A stretch of DNA of 64,000 nt from assembly GCA_951406725.2 (NCBI GenBank), contig OX597826.1, positions 42,346,001-42,410,000 on the forward strand. Direction: 5' to 3'. The notes below the pieces were generated by a model. It was given only the letters and a program-made list of their open reading frames with translations, searched no databases and had not been told where the DNA came from. Position 1 is the first letter of the stretch. Every line of letters begins with the position of its first letter. The position numbers and the translations under genes are program-made. Source of the DNA: Octopus vulgaris (taxonomy: Eukaryota). Of the stretch, positions 40,833-54,124 are shown in pieces.

Positions 40833-41417
40833 ATGTGTGGTGTGTGTGTGCTTGTCCTCTCCATCGTTTGACAACTGGCGTTGGTTTGGTTTATTTTCCG
40901 TAACTTAGCGGTTCGGTAAAAGAAAAGAAAAATATGAATAGTTACCAGACTTTAAATCAAACATGTACTGAGGTCGTTTTCTTCGATAGAAAAAAAAAGA
41001 GCAGAAACCTTCAAAGCATAATCGCAGTCAAGTGACTGAAGCAACCCAAATATTTTAGTGTCTCGTATTTGATATTGTAGATAACGCTTTTAGATTCGTC
41101 TATAGGAAAACTTCGATTTTATTGACTTTTATGTTCTGCCTTTTACTAAGCTATTTGGTCACGTTGTAATAAGTCGATAGAAAATCAATATGCCGTATTA
41201 AATTTTATCAATTGGTTAATTAATTTCTTTACCTATAGGTTGTTTTATATTGATACGTAGTGCTTATGATTGTGTCTATCTGTATACTTGTACACGCACA
41301 CACGGACACATACACACACACACGCACATATACACACACATTTCTATGTGTGTGCGCGTGTACGCATGTGAGTAAATAAAGAAAGGAGTCATCAAATCAA
41401 TTTCATTAGCTTGCAAT
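39497..41417. repeat. local duplication: 39497-39730 inverted at 40319-40552; 39727-39934 direct at 41208-41417
   Basis: Direct sequence comparison. Confidence 0.88.
40640..41045 (+). mobile_element. SINE group B, diverged
   Basis: GTAACTTAGCGGTTCGG, the internal (TA)n(TG)n, and CGCAGTCAAGTGACTGAA. Confidence 0.65.
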
Positions 41418-41560
41418 TGTTTCTGTTATGAGCAAGCGTGTCATTCATTAATTGATATTATGCTCTGCCACTGACCTGATGGTTTGCTGTAAAATATAAG
41501 TCTATAAATATCTTGAATTTTAACAACTAGTAATTAGTATCATTATACCTACGCGGAATC

Positions 41561-41638
<78 letters not shown>

Positions 41639-41938
41639 CATATTTTGTTGATATATAAACATATATGTACGTACATACCTCTACATGTACATATACTCTT
41701 TTTTTCCACGCATATATGTGTACAGGACACCAAAATATACGTCGAACACATATGAGATATATATATATATATATATAGACACATATACCCATATATATAT
41801 ATGGACATATATTTTTAAACAACAAAAACATGGTTCCGGTTCAGTCCAGAGTACAGGACAATCAACACAAAGAAAAAAACCCTTCTTCAGTCACTATGGT
41901 TTCATCTACTCTACGTTTCGAAGGTATATATATATGTG

Positions 41939-41973
<35 letters not shown>

Positions 41974-42152
41974 GTGTATAGTCAGGGAGAGAGAGAGGAG
42001 GGATATGATTCAAACTAATAGGCATGCGTTCTGAGTGTTTAAGTGAGTGTGCCACAAAAATTCCAGTTAGAACAGCATGGAAGTTATACTTGTGTGATTG
42101 TCTTGTTCAAAAAACGGCTAATGAAGTCTTCCCTCTGAGTCAGTAGTTCTCA

Positions 42153-42378
42153 GTTAAAGTAGTGAGGAAAAGCAAACAACTAATCAAGACAGGACAAGGA
42201 CATTTGATTTTATTTAATTCAATCTAAAAATGTAGGTACATAACGAACGGCAAAAATAAGTTTGTACAACTTTTACCGTTCGTTATGTAGCTAAATTTTT
42301 AGATTGGATTAAGCGAAATCAAATGTCCTTTTCCTGCCTTCACTAATTGTCTGGCTTTCTTTGTCTCACTACTTTAAC
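42153..42378. repeat. foldback (about 105-bp arms)
   Basis: GTTAAAGTAGTGAG pairs with CTCACTACTTTAAC, and TACATAACGAACGG pairs with CCGTTCGTTATGTA. Confidence 0.85.
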
Positions 42379-42588
42379 CTAAATATATATAACAAGATTG
42401 AATGAATAAGCTTTAATCACAAAATACAACAATTGTTTTCGTGTAATGGTAACAGCTGTTAGTTGCTAAGTTTTCCATATCATACTATTACATAAAATAT
42501 ATACATTCTAACATAAATGAATATGATCCAGCAGCAGCAGCCGCAACTGTGTACCGACACGTCCTCAGGTAAGCGGCCCTGATATACG

Positions 42589-42642
<54 letters not shown>

Positions 42643-42688
42643 TATGTATGTTTGTATGTGTATATATATGTATATATATGCATATATA

Positions 42689-42749
<61 letters not shown>

Positions 42750-42753
<4 letters not shown>

Positions 42754-42979
42754 AAAAAAGTCAAGATAGAAAATGCTAAAATAATTTAATTAAAAACATT
42801 TCAGTACCGGTTTCAGTCATTGAGACTTTTTCAACTGTAAATATGGAAAACAATTAAATTTAGAAAAATTGGAAGAAAATATTTTTTTAAAGAATATTTG
42901 TATAGTGTTCAAATGCAAGTGGCATTTTCCTTGTTTCTGCTTGTCTCTGTCTCTCTTGTTAACTCTTGTGGGTTCGAGG
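42750..42979 (-). mobile_element. PLE-type terminal repeat carrying a U3:A8 hammerhead
   Basis: Homologous to 35603-35824 and abuts (TA)n. Confidence 0.65.
42802..42837 (-). ncRNA. minimal hammerhead, U3:A8 variant
   Basis: Minus strand reads CAG-TTGAAAA-AGTC tcaat GACT-GAAAC CG GTA-CTG, with the palindrome ACCGGT and a GUA triplet. Confidence 0.6.
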
Positions 42980-44144
42980 TCGAACTAAATTCCAAACGTA
43001 GACTTCTTAACACAAGGCGGAAGGGTGGGATAGCCTGTGTTCACGCCTGTAAACATGTTTTCAAAAACTACCATTGAATGCAATGTAAAAGTTACCAAGA
43101 CTATAAATTTAGGCGGTATCTCTGGATTAATATACTAACAATTATAACTATAAAGATTAGGTAAATCTTAGTAGATATCATATTAGTATTATAATACAAA
43201 ATAAATGGTAAATATGAACATAAGGTTTTATTTACAGGTAAATGAAGGTTAAAAGTATTTTAATTCAAGTACGAATCTTGGGAATCTGTGATTAATATAT
43301 TTTTTTTAAATAATTGGTAATCTTAAGTTATAGATGCTACATATTAATTCAATAATGGTTTTAATTTTTATCAATTTCACTAATTTTGATTTGTTAACGT
43401 TAGTGCTTTCTTCAGTTAAGTTCGTGTATATCTGTTTACACTATTATGTGCACAAATATATTGTGCACAAATATTGATGACATAGTATTGACCTATGGTC
43501 ATTAGTAACTAGTTTTGATTCGTCATTGTCTAGTAGCTCTCAACACGTCAATACACACTCGCACAAATATGTAATGAAAATATTACCGTAACTATGGTGT
43601 TTAAAATAAAAATATATAATAAAATTAATTAATTATTCAACTATAATTTCTAGATTGGAACTGGGTGACTTATAATTAAATTTCTAAAGTGATTAAATAA
43701 TTTTAATTACGTTTCATCCATCATAATTAATAGTGTAATTTAGGAATAATGTTTTTTTTAGCTAACTAACGAATATTTTGTTTTTTGTTTTTTCAACACA
43801 TTACAGACTCACGGGCACAAATGCAGTTAAACAAGTTTGCATTTACATATACATAATTAACGGGTATTTTTAATACATTGGTTGCTGAGACCCACATATG
43901 TGAGTCTTTCAAAGATCAAACTACACATCGAAATGGATCTTATACATAGCTATTATATATTATTACAGAAGACTTACCAAAGAAGCATATATGGATTTAA
44001 AGACTCTCATACTAAAGTGTGCTTACCAAAATCAAAAGCAGTAATTTTTAATTTTTAATTTATATTTCAAACAACACCATTTTCCCATATTACTTCATAT
44101 TTTTAAGAAACTAGCATTCGATAAATTATACAAATTTCATATTA

Positions 44145-44236
44145 TATCTCTGAAGAGCAGAAGAGTTGTCTATAAATGCTTATCGATACAGAATTCCATT
44201 ATAGGGACAGCACTTCTGCGAAACGATCGTAAGATG
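44145..44236 (+). ncRNA. type I hammerhead ribozyme (canonical core, long stem II)
   Basis: TATCT-CTGAAGA-GCAGAAG..TTGTC-TATAA...TTATA..GACAG..CTTCTGC-GAAAC GATC GTA-AGATG. Confidence 0.85.
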
Positions 44237-44300
44237 CTTTAAAAACTTAATTCGAAACTTTTAAACTATCATATTCATTATTATATATTTATACTTATAC

Positions 44301-44460
44301 ATGAGTGGCTGTGTGGTAAGTAGCTTGTTTACCAACCACATGGTTCCGGGTTCAGTCCTACTGCGTGGCACCTTGGGTTAGTGTCTTCTACTATAGCCTC
44401 GGGCCAACTAAAGCCTTGTGAGTGGATTTGGTAGACGGAAACTGAAAGAAGCCCGTCGTA

Positions 44461-44501
<41 letters not shown>

Positions 44502-44730
44502 TTGTGTGTCTGTGTTTGTCCCCCTAGCATTGCTTGACAACCGATGCTGGTGTGTTTATGTCCCCGTTACTTAGCGGTTCGGCAAAAAGAGACCGATAGA
44601 ATAAGTACTGGGCTTACAAAAGAATAAGTCCCGGGGTCGAGCTGCTCGATTAAAGGCGGTGCTCCAGCATGGCCGCAGTCAAATGACTGAAACAAGTAAA
44701 AGAGTAAAAGAGTAAAGAGTAAAAGAGAGT
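44301..44730 (+). mobile_element. SINE group B, young full copy with (AGTAAAAG)n-like tail
   Basis: Near-identical to 2414-2827. Confidence 0.9.
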
Positions 44731-44863
44731 ATATTTACATATATTTATATTTTTGATACAACTATTATTTTACACACGTATATATCTTTCTGAAGAATTT
44801 TCTAATATTGATTTCCTGATATTAATAATAATATATAATATAATATAATATAATATATATATA

Positions 44864-45228
44864 TTCTTTATTCTTTTATTTGCTTTAGTCATATGGCTGC
44901 GGTCATGCTGGAGCACCGCCTTAAAGATTTTAGTTGAAGAAATCGATCACATGACTTATTCTTTGTAAGACTATAACTTATTCTATCGGTGTCTTTTGCC
45001 GAACCGCTATGTTACGGGGTTGTAAACACACCAAACATATGTATAGATAAATATATGTACGACAGGCTTCTATCAGTTTCCGCCTACTAAATCCACTCGC
45101 ATGCTTTTTTTTAGTCGGCCCGAGTCTATAGTAGAAGACACTTACCCAAGGTGCAACGCAGTGGCACTAAACCCGGAAGCATGTGGCTGGAAAGCAAGCT
45201 TCTAAACACACAGCCACGTCTGCACCTA
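44864..45228 (-). mobile_element. SINE group B, older copy, tail-to-tail with the previous one
   Basis: Reverse-complement homology (CATGCTGGAGCACCGCC, GCCGAACCGCTA, TATAGTAGAAGACACTT). Confidence 0.85.
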
Positions 45229-45232
45229 TATA

Positions 45233-45366
45233 TAAAGTCTATTTGCCAACGTTAAAGTGGCAGTCCTGATTAGGACGGTGCTATTACCTTCTTTAGTCTG
45301 GGGCAAAAAAAGGTAGTAACAACGTCCTAATCGGGACTGCCACTTTACGTTGGCAAATAGACTTTA
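45233..45366. repeat. foldback (about 60-bp arms)
   Basis: TAAAGTCTATTTGCCAACGT..AAAGTGGCAGTCC pairs with GGACTGCCACTTTACGTTGGCAAATAGACTTTA. Confidence 0.88.
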
Positions 45367-45416
45367 CTCTGCAGTACTGTTACTACTTATTTCTCGCTCA
45401 GAGATTTAAAATTATC

Positions 45417-45511
<95 letters not shown>

Positions 45512-46544
45512 TTTTATAAGTCCTTCTCTATGATACATTCTGTGCTGCATATATGGCCCTTTGTGGCCAATAAAGTTCGGAATGTTATCATTACTCTCTT
45601 TATTTTGAAAGATTTTAAATTCTAAAATAAAAATTCTTCTTAGGCTTTCGATTTTGCTTTCTTTTCTTTGTTCTTTTTCTATATATATTCTCACTGCATT
45701 CGATCTTTCTTTTATTTACGTCTTTCTCTTTTTACATCTGTAGTCTTTTCCTCCCTTTGCTTCGTCTTCCAATTATTTTATTTCATCTCATTTATAATTC
45801 GGTGTCGAAACTTTAGAAATTACTTCACCATAAGCAACTGTATTTCATTTCTAAGTGTAATGCCGTGGAAATGTCAAATGTAGGTGAGAACCGATTTTAC
45901 AAACTTTTTACATGTATATAGTTTGACACCTTGCATTTTAAAATTCAAGTCACTTTGGGGACTGTTTTTTACCTTTCAGTATCACGCTGACACTGATTCA
46001 ATGCATTTATATCAATCTTTTATAAAACAATTTCCTTTGTGACTCATAACGGAAATTATTATGTGTTTAAGAGATGCAGTCGCAATGCTGGGACAATAAT
46101 TTGAAAGCTAATCAGTTCTTGTATCGGAATTCGATTCCCAGCTGAAACATTTTTTTTTACATCACTAAAAATCTTGTTACAACTTCCTGTGTTTTTCCTT
46201 CCACAAAATTATATACTGATGTTAAAACAGTAATGTCTTTAAGCCTGTTTTTCAGATAATAATTCTTTATGAACCAAAACCGTAAGGTTCCAGTTACATT
46301 GAAAATGCTCTGTACAAATGCATTAGCCTCATAAATTGCATCTAATATTAAATCTCAGACCTGCATACAATTTCCATTAGAAGTTGTTGTAAAACATCGC
46401 ATGGTTTTCAAACAATTAATCTGCATGACATGAAAAAAGAAAAGCATATCATTTTGAAACTGTTTTTTTTAAGCCATCCTTCATGGTAAAAAAATATTAT
46501 GAGATAAGTTAAACATATGGCTATGTGGTTAAGAATCTTCTTTG

Positions 46545-46730
46545 CATACATACATACATACATACATACATACATACATACATACATACATACATACATA
46601 CATACATACATACATACATACATACATACATACATACATACATACACACACATACATACATACATACATACATACATACATACATACATACATACATACA
46701 TACATACATACATACATACATACATACACA
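46545..46730. repeat. (CATA)n microsatellite
   Basis: Directly visible. Confidence 0.95.
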
Positions 46731-46965
46731 GGCACACACATTCATACATACATATATGCATACATACATATACACCTATTACATACATTCATACATATAT
46801 ACGCATTACATGCATACATTTATACATACATTCGTTTACTTACGCATATATGTACAACGTACAGAGTTACTCGTTTCATAGGAAATTTAATACAATCCAA
46901 TATGCCCTATGTAGGATGCTCCACATTTATTGCAGACTACTTCGTATACGTCATAGGGCCTCGAG

Positions 46966-47690
46966 CATGTTTTGATGTCTTTGATGGGGCACTTAGAGAG
47001 TGTGCACCCTACGTTGCTTTCCTCGACAGAACTTTCCTCGGGGATAGGCCAGTGTGTACTAACTGTATGTTAAGTCCCTCCCCTGTGGATTGCATGTAGG
47101 ATTGCTGCCGCTGTTCTGTCATCGAAGTAGGGCAGTCGAAGGAAGTCTAAGGAAACACGAAAGGGTGTAAACTACATAAGAAAGCCCATGACATCAGATC
47201 AGAAAAGTGCTTCCTTAGATTGCCCTACTTCGACGACAGAACAACGGTTGCTATCCAACATGCCATCCACAGGAAGGACTTAATATATAGTTGGTACACA
47301 CTGGCCCATCTCTGAGCAAAGTTCTGTCGCCGAAAATACCACAGGGAGCACCGTGGAGTGCACCTTCACCAACTTCCCCATCAACGACATCAAAACATGT
47401 GGAACATCCTACATAAGGAGCACTTCTAAGAAACTACACATCCGAATAAAGGAGCATATGTAAACAGACACTTCGATAAAGAAACACCTTCGGAAGTGTC
47501 AAACCCAGAATTTCAAAGTTTCCATCAAGGCAAACCAACGCAACAGGGGCAATTTCAGAACTCTGGAAGTCCTCCTTATAAACAAATTGAGACCAGTCAT
47601 TATCAACTGGAAGGAACTACAAAACAGACTGGTTGCTATAGCAACACCAGTCCGCACATGTCTCCTTCCACCTTCCTCACCCTCCCCCAC
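46966..47690 (+). mobile_element. Penelope-like relic (GIY-YIG) with inverted 5' duplication
   Basis: FLRLPYFD ... TCGTSYIRSTSKKLHIRIKEH ... IKKHLRKC ... TLEVLLI. Segment 46966-47145 is a diverged reverse complement of 47210-47399. Confidence 0.72.
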
Positions 47691-47705
47691 ACACACACAT
47701 AAGGA

Positions 47706-48084
47706 AGCACTCCGTCGGTTACGACGACGAGGGTTCCAGTTGATCCGAATCAACGGAACAGCCTGCTCGTGAAATTAACGTGTAAGTGGCTGAGCACTCC
47801 ACAGACATGTGTACCCTTAATGTAGTTCTCGGGGATATTCAGCGTGACACAGAGAGTGACAAGGCCGGCCCTTTGAAATACAGGTACAACAGAAACAGGA
47901 AGTAAGAGTGAGAGAAAGTTGTGGTGAAAGAGTTCAGCAGGGATCACCACCATCCCCTGCCGGAGCCTCGTGGAGCTTTAGGTGTTTTCGCTCAATAAAC
48001 ACTCACAACGCCCGGTCTGGGAATCGAAACCGCGATCCTATGACCGCGAGTCCGCTGCCCTAACCACTGGGCCATTGCGCCTCC
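47706..48084 (-). mobile_element. tRNA-derived SINE (group C-related), young full copy
   Basis: The minus head GGAGGCGCAATGGCCCAGTGGTTAGGGCAGCGGACTCGCGG..GGTTTCGATTCC has intact A and B boxes. Confidence 0.88.
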
Positions 48085-48136
48085 ACACACACATACACAT
48101 CTGAGCAAAAGTATTTTCCAACTATGGCTTTTCTGG

Positions 48137-49110
48137 ATGTCCTGAAGAAAGGGTCTTCACTCGAAATATAGAAATAGAAGATAAAACTGCTACTTTGTCC
48201 TGTTTTTTATTTTCCCTTTTGTAATTTCTAGCATTGTTCGGGCCATACACAACTATAAACAGATAAATTACAATTTTTCCAAATTGTCTAATATAGCGAT
48301 TGAAAAATATTTTCCAATCAATCATAAATATTATAAAATTTTTAATAGACATAAGGTTTATTGTCTAAGCAGAAATATTGCTCAAATTATAGCAACACAT
48401 AAAATAATATCGAAATTTCAAAAGAGTGATTATAATCTGAGTAGCATAGTAAATATTAAGCATAATAACATCAAACAGAATATTAAAAAACTCAAATGGA
48501 ACAGAATTTAAATGTCGCTGAAAGGGAAATAACCCAATTTTATATAATTAATAACATCAAATCGAACATAGATTAGAACATAGCTACAATTAGAAATTAG
48601 ATAACGTTATCTAAAGGAGTAAACAGTAAGAAAGAACTTAGAGGAAATAAATTTAATCAAACAAAGAATGATCAAATTAAAACTAAATCATTGCAATTGT
48701 TCTCAACGGGAATTCTCTTATGTGAAAATTAGTGTAAGAGTAAAAATGTAATATATAGACGTAGAGTTATATCTGAGGGTAATGAATACTTTTACATTGG
48801 AGGGACATCGTTAGTTTTCAAGAGGAGACTGGCAAATCATTTGAATTCATTTAGAGATAAAAATAAAAGATTTCAAACAAGTCTTAGCATATTAATCTGG
48901 TCTGTGAAGGAAAAAAACAAAGACTATACTATTAAATGGGAATTAATTTGTACTGCAAAGCCATACAGACCTAGGACCGAAAAATGTGACCTATGTTTAG
49001 AAGATTTTTACCAGAGTTTTACATCCAAGGGTAATATAATAAATTCTATACAGGAACAATCTTTAAGATGCTTGCACATAAGGAAATTCATATTTGCCAA
49101 GCATAAATGA
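48137..49110 (+). mobile_element. Penelope-like relic (GIY-YIG with Cys motifs) preceded by a degenerate hammerhead
   Basis: NVIY..YFYIGGT..FKRRLANHLNSF..TSLSILIWSVK..IKWEL..CDLCLE..RCLH. Motif ATGTC-CTGAAGA-aa-GGGT cttc ACTC-GAAA TA TA at 48137-48170. Confidence 0.78.
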
Positions 49111-49462
49111 ATAATAAATATTTAAACAGCAGAATGTTTTGAAATAATGGACTTCGTTTTCAAGTGATTATCCTATCAAAACTTGAAATGGAGATTGGTC
49201 GCGTCTAACTTAACGGACAACTCTACATCATACAACGCAGAGTAGATAAACGAAAAACTTTAAACAGTCAAATCGAAGGATATTAAGTAAAGACCCTCAA
49301 GAAACTGCACCGGCATTATAACAGTGTTGCAATTATAACAGTGTTACTAATCGATGCTGTTGACACATGTGTTGGTCTATGTAAAACTGTATATATATTA
49401 AAAGAATTAAAGGTAATCCTTATTATTGATAATGTTGATATACATATATATGAGTATACATA

Positions 49463-50346
49463 AAGGGTCATCCCATAAATAATGCGGTTTTTTTAATTGC
49501 CTGAACTAAAAGTTGGAGGGGGTGGGATAAACTACCTGCATCAACTTGCTATAAAAGCAGGTAGTAATTTTACTTTGTACTTATTCTCAGTGCAAGTTTT
49601 GGAGAGTGCAGTTCGATTTTAACAATTATTTTTTCAACGCTATAATGGAACATATTCGGCATATTTTGCTTTATGAGTTCAATAAAGGCAACAATGCAAC
49701 GGAAAGTGCAAGGAATATTAATGCAGTATATGGAAATCGAACAATAAGCCAGTGTCAACGGCAGTTCCAAAAATTCTAAGCCGGAAACTACAGCCTAGAA
49801 GATGATCTGTAGAGCTTGACGAGGACGTCCTACAAAATCTGGTGGAACAAAACCTCATAGTAAGTGTTGAGGAAGTAGCAGAGAAGCTTGGATTTGGTCA
49901 TTCGCCCATTCATCGACACCTGCGTGCCATCGAAAAACGACCATCTTTGGTTTCAAGACGAGAGGTGTTCTTCCATCAGGATAATGCTCGGCCACCTACA
50001 GCTAGGATGACATTCCAAAGGCTGGGACAGTTTGAATGGGAAACAATGCCCCACCCACTATATTCACCAGACATTGCTCCATCTGATTATCATTTATTCC
50101 GCAGTCTTCAAAATCATTTGGACGGAAAAAATATGAATTCTGTAGATGAGGTCATAATAGACCTGGAGGAGTATTTTTCTTCACGGACAAGGGAATTTTG
50201 GAAGAGAGACATTGCAAGTCTAACAAATAAATGGAAGAGCATTGTAGAATATGAAAGAGAGTATATTTTAGATTTAAAAAATGAGTTTATTTTAATTTTG
50301 AAAATTAAAAATATAAAACAACCGCATTATTTATTGGATGACCCAG
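49463..50346 (+). mobile_element. mariner (DD34D) transposon, internally deleted
   Basis: TIRs GGGTCATCCCATAAATAATGCGGTT and AACCGCATTATTTATTGGATGACCC with flanking TA. Peptide FHQDNARP...HPLYSPDIAPSDYHLF. Confidence 0.93.
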
Positions 50347-50376
50347 TATATACATATATGTATGCACACACACACA

Positions 50377-50414
<38 letters not shown>

Positions 50415-50590
50415 CTTTTACTTGTTTCATTGTGACTGTGGCCATACTGGAGCACTGCTTTTGAGTCGAAGAAATCGACCCCTGAACTTATTCTTTGTAA
50501 GACTGGTACTTATTCTCCCTTTCGCAGAACCGCTAAGTTACGGGGACGTAAACACACCAACATTGGTTGTCTTGCGATGGTGGGTACAAA
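50415..50590 (-). mobile_element. SINE group B 3' fragment
   Basis: TACTTGTTTCA..GACTGTGGCCATACTGGAGCAC and GAACCGCTAAGTTACGGGGAC. Confidence 0.75.
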
Positions 50591-50619
50591 CACCGATCAC
50601 ATAGTGGCTTACTCTCCAA

Positions 50620-50689
<70 letters not shown>

Positions 50690-50691
<2 letters not shown>

Positions 50692-50885
50692 GGCCTTCGC
50701 CGTGATATATCGCTAGCCACTACACATTCTTTATTTTCTCGCCTTGTTTCTTTCTGTGTTCTTTTCTGTGGAAGAGCGTAGGCTCGAAGCGTTAAAGACA
50801 TATTCATTTCCCGAGCGTTATGCTAATACATCTGTTTGTTGTCTACACCACCTGTCTTCGTCTTTTGTCTTTTTGTGAATTCTTC
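50690..50885 (+). mobile_element. PLE-type terminal repeat with hammerhead-like relic at 50762-50797
   Basis: TTTT-CTGTGGA-A-GAGC gtag GCTC-GAAGC GTT-AAAG, with two core deviations. Confidence 0.4.
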
Positions 50886-51374
50886 TTCCATATATATGTG
50901 TGTGTGAGTGTGTTTGTACACATATACATATACACATATATATATATACATACATACATACATACGTCTAAGACCACTTTATTGAGACTGTCTTAAATTC
51001 AAATGAAAGAGCTATTAGAAAATTGGTTCTTCCTCCATTGGCGAGATATACAAAGATTAAACCAAAGAAACATATACATAGAGAACTGAATGAAATTATA
51101 ACGCGCTCGCGCGAACGCCCAGCCCCACACATATGCACAGGGGTTGATATATAGGTAGCTGTACATATATAAAATATGAGGTGTCATCTACCACATAACT
51201 GCCTGTTATCTGTTAACATGTCCATGATTTATAGGTGCTAACTACCAATCAGTCTTCTCGTAAACATCTGGATAGTTCCCAATCCGTCTAACGCTGTCCA
51301 ATACACACACAAAAATACAGACACGCCTACTCATATACATAGACACACATATATGTACATATAAATATACATAT

Positions 51375-51447
<73 letters not shown>

Positions 51448-51460
51448 TATATATATATAT

Positions 51461-51497
<37 letters not shown>

Positions 51498-51748
51498 TGT
51501 GTGTCTCTGTGTGTGTGTGTGTGTGTGTGATTTAATTTATTACATTTATCATTGAACATCTTCCAAATAGAGGCGAAATCATTGTAGAATCATTAATAAT
51601 GCTTCCTACCGAATAAAATTTTCATTAATTGTTATTTAAGAAAAGCATCGGAAGGAAATCAAGACGAAAACGAAAGAGACGGACAATTTATGCGTCTCCT
51701 CCACAGAAACAATGAAAGATTATATAAATTGGATATATACAGCCCAAA

Positions 51749-51749
<1 letters not shown>

Positions 51750-51838
<89 letters not shown>

Positions 51839-51850
51839 CAGTAGTAGTAG
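51750..51850. repeat. (GTA)n microsatellite
   Basis: Directly visible. Confidence 0.97.
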
Positions 51851-51897
51851 CTCTAACCACTAGGCCATGTGCCTCCACACACACACACACACGCACG

Positions 51898-51953
<56 letters not shown>

Positions 51954-52034
51954 ACACATACATATACATACATATATAGCTGTTTGCATGCATATATATT
52001 TCGATGTTACGCAAAAGTGTCGTAATCCCAAAAT

Positions 52035-52447
52035 AGTGGCTGACGATATGTGCATCTCTGATCACGAGCAGAAGTAGTGGGGGAGCATCATAGCCATGTT
52101 TTGAGAGAGATTCTTTTGGGTTTGAATAATTCACTTCTGGAAACATGGGTGATTCTTTCAACATCCTTAAACAACCCTTATTCAGGGACCTTTTGAGCGG
52201 GATGGACTACTCAACCTGTAGAAAATTCTAACTGGGCCCCACCTGCAAGGTCATGTGCTGTTTATCTTGATATGAGATCACCATGTCGCGCACATATTGT
52301 TGTGATGCATGTGCCTGGTGTACCCTTATCAGACGGGTAGTCATGATGGGTATATTGGGCTTCGTATATTTTACCCCAGTGTCACTTTGATGGCATGGAC
52401 TGCTCTCTCACTCAATAATAATAATAATAATAATAACAACAACAACA
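52035..52447 (+). mobile_element. probable retroposon 3' end with (AAT)n/(AAC)n tail
   Basis: A GC-richer block ending in a trinucleotide tail. It is a single copy here, so the family is not verifiable. Confidence 0.4.
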
Positions 52448-52833
52448 AAAGAATGAGACCTCGATATTAGATAAATAGAGGATTATTTTTATATGTTATG
52501 ATTTGGAACAAACAGTAAAAGTTTGTCATTATGATACTCGGACTTTCAAATGTCGGAGCGAAGAGCTACGATGCGTTCTCGTCGGCTATTAATGGCCACA
52601 GACGCTATGAAAAACCGTTGAATAAAAGGGAAGTTAGGTAGAAAAAAAATTAAAAGATAAAAAATACACGCAACCGTATTCTCACAATACATAAATATAA
52701 ACCTCCTGCGTTCACAACGTCTACATACAAACACAAAAATGTATACGTACATGCACATACACACACACACACACACAAACATATATATGTAAGTACGTAT
52801 ACATACACACATATCCTCACACACACATGTATG

Positions 52834-52894
<61 letters not shown>

Positions 52895-53143
52895 ATGTAT
52901 GTATATATGTATGTATGTATGCATGCATGCATGTATATATGTATGTATATGTATGCAACCTCATCTCATATACATATAGGTGTTTACATGCATATATACG
53001 TAACATAATGCATATATATTTAGGCATTTAAACATAAATATACGTATATATATATATATGTGTGTGTACAGACATACATTCACACTCCCACGTACACAAA
53101 TATACATATATATATATGTACACACACACACACACACACACAT

Positions 53144-53208
<65 letters not shown>

Positions 53209-53396
53209 TTTCTGGGCTTTCACATTACATACAAATGTGTCTAACTCGGATTGTTAGACTAAAAGAATCATTGTGGTTAAGGTGGTGCTATTTTCTATTT
53301 CCATATTTCCATAACGTGTTTTAGAGCTGTCCACTCTGCTTAGTGTCAACTTATACGACTTGCTTTGAAATTGAAGAATATCTATGCATGTGTACT

Positions 53397-53471
<75 letters not shown>

Positions 53472-54124
53472 GTATATATGTATGTATGTATAGTATGCAT
53501 GTATCTATGTATGTATGCAAGTATGTGACCACGCATATATGTGTTTGTGTGTGTGTGTGTGTTGCGTGAGAGAGAAACAGAGAGGTGCAAATATTAATTA
53601 GGCAAGCGTGTTGTTGTATATAATCCAATACATGTACTATCACATTCTTTCCCCCCTCTTTCTCTCCTTTCCTCCCGCTCTCTCTCCTTTCCCACCTCTC
53701 GCTCTCTCTCCCCCTCTCTCACTTTCTGTCTTTTTTTCTCTCTCTCTTTTGCATACAAACATGCATCATACACGCAACCACATAATTATTCAACGACCAA
53801 GTCTTCTCTCCTGAAACGCCAAATCTCCCAATTTATCATATCGAATGCAACACCCACAGCCCCGAGAGACTGCGAAGTATTAAAGTATTAAATCATTGAT
53901 AACACCAGTCGCTATATTCGTAGAAACAAGAGCTGCATGGAATAATGACTTAGTGAAATGAGTGTTTAGATAGTGTTTTGTTTCGTTGCATTTATTAAGA
54001 CTCGATTTCAAATGCTGCCAGAGTAAGCATTACACTTCGTAATTGATTTCTACCGTTGACTTAAAGACGCATGTCATGAGGGAGACGATAGCAGATCAAA
54101 CCTACTCCGGTATTTGGACTCTTT

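Noticed and set aside
47990-48084. tRNA gene candidates (also 656-730)
   Set aside because: The A/B boxes continue into shared SINE bodies, so these are SINE heads.
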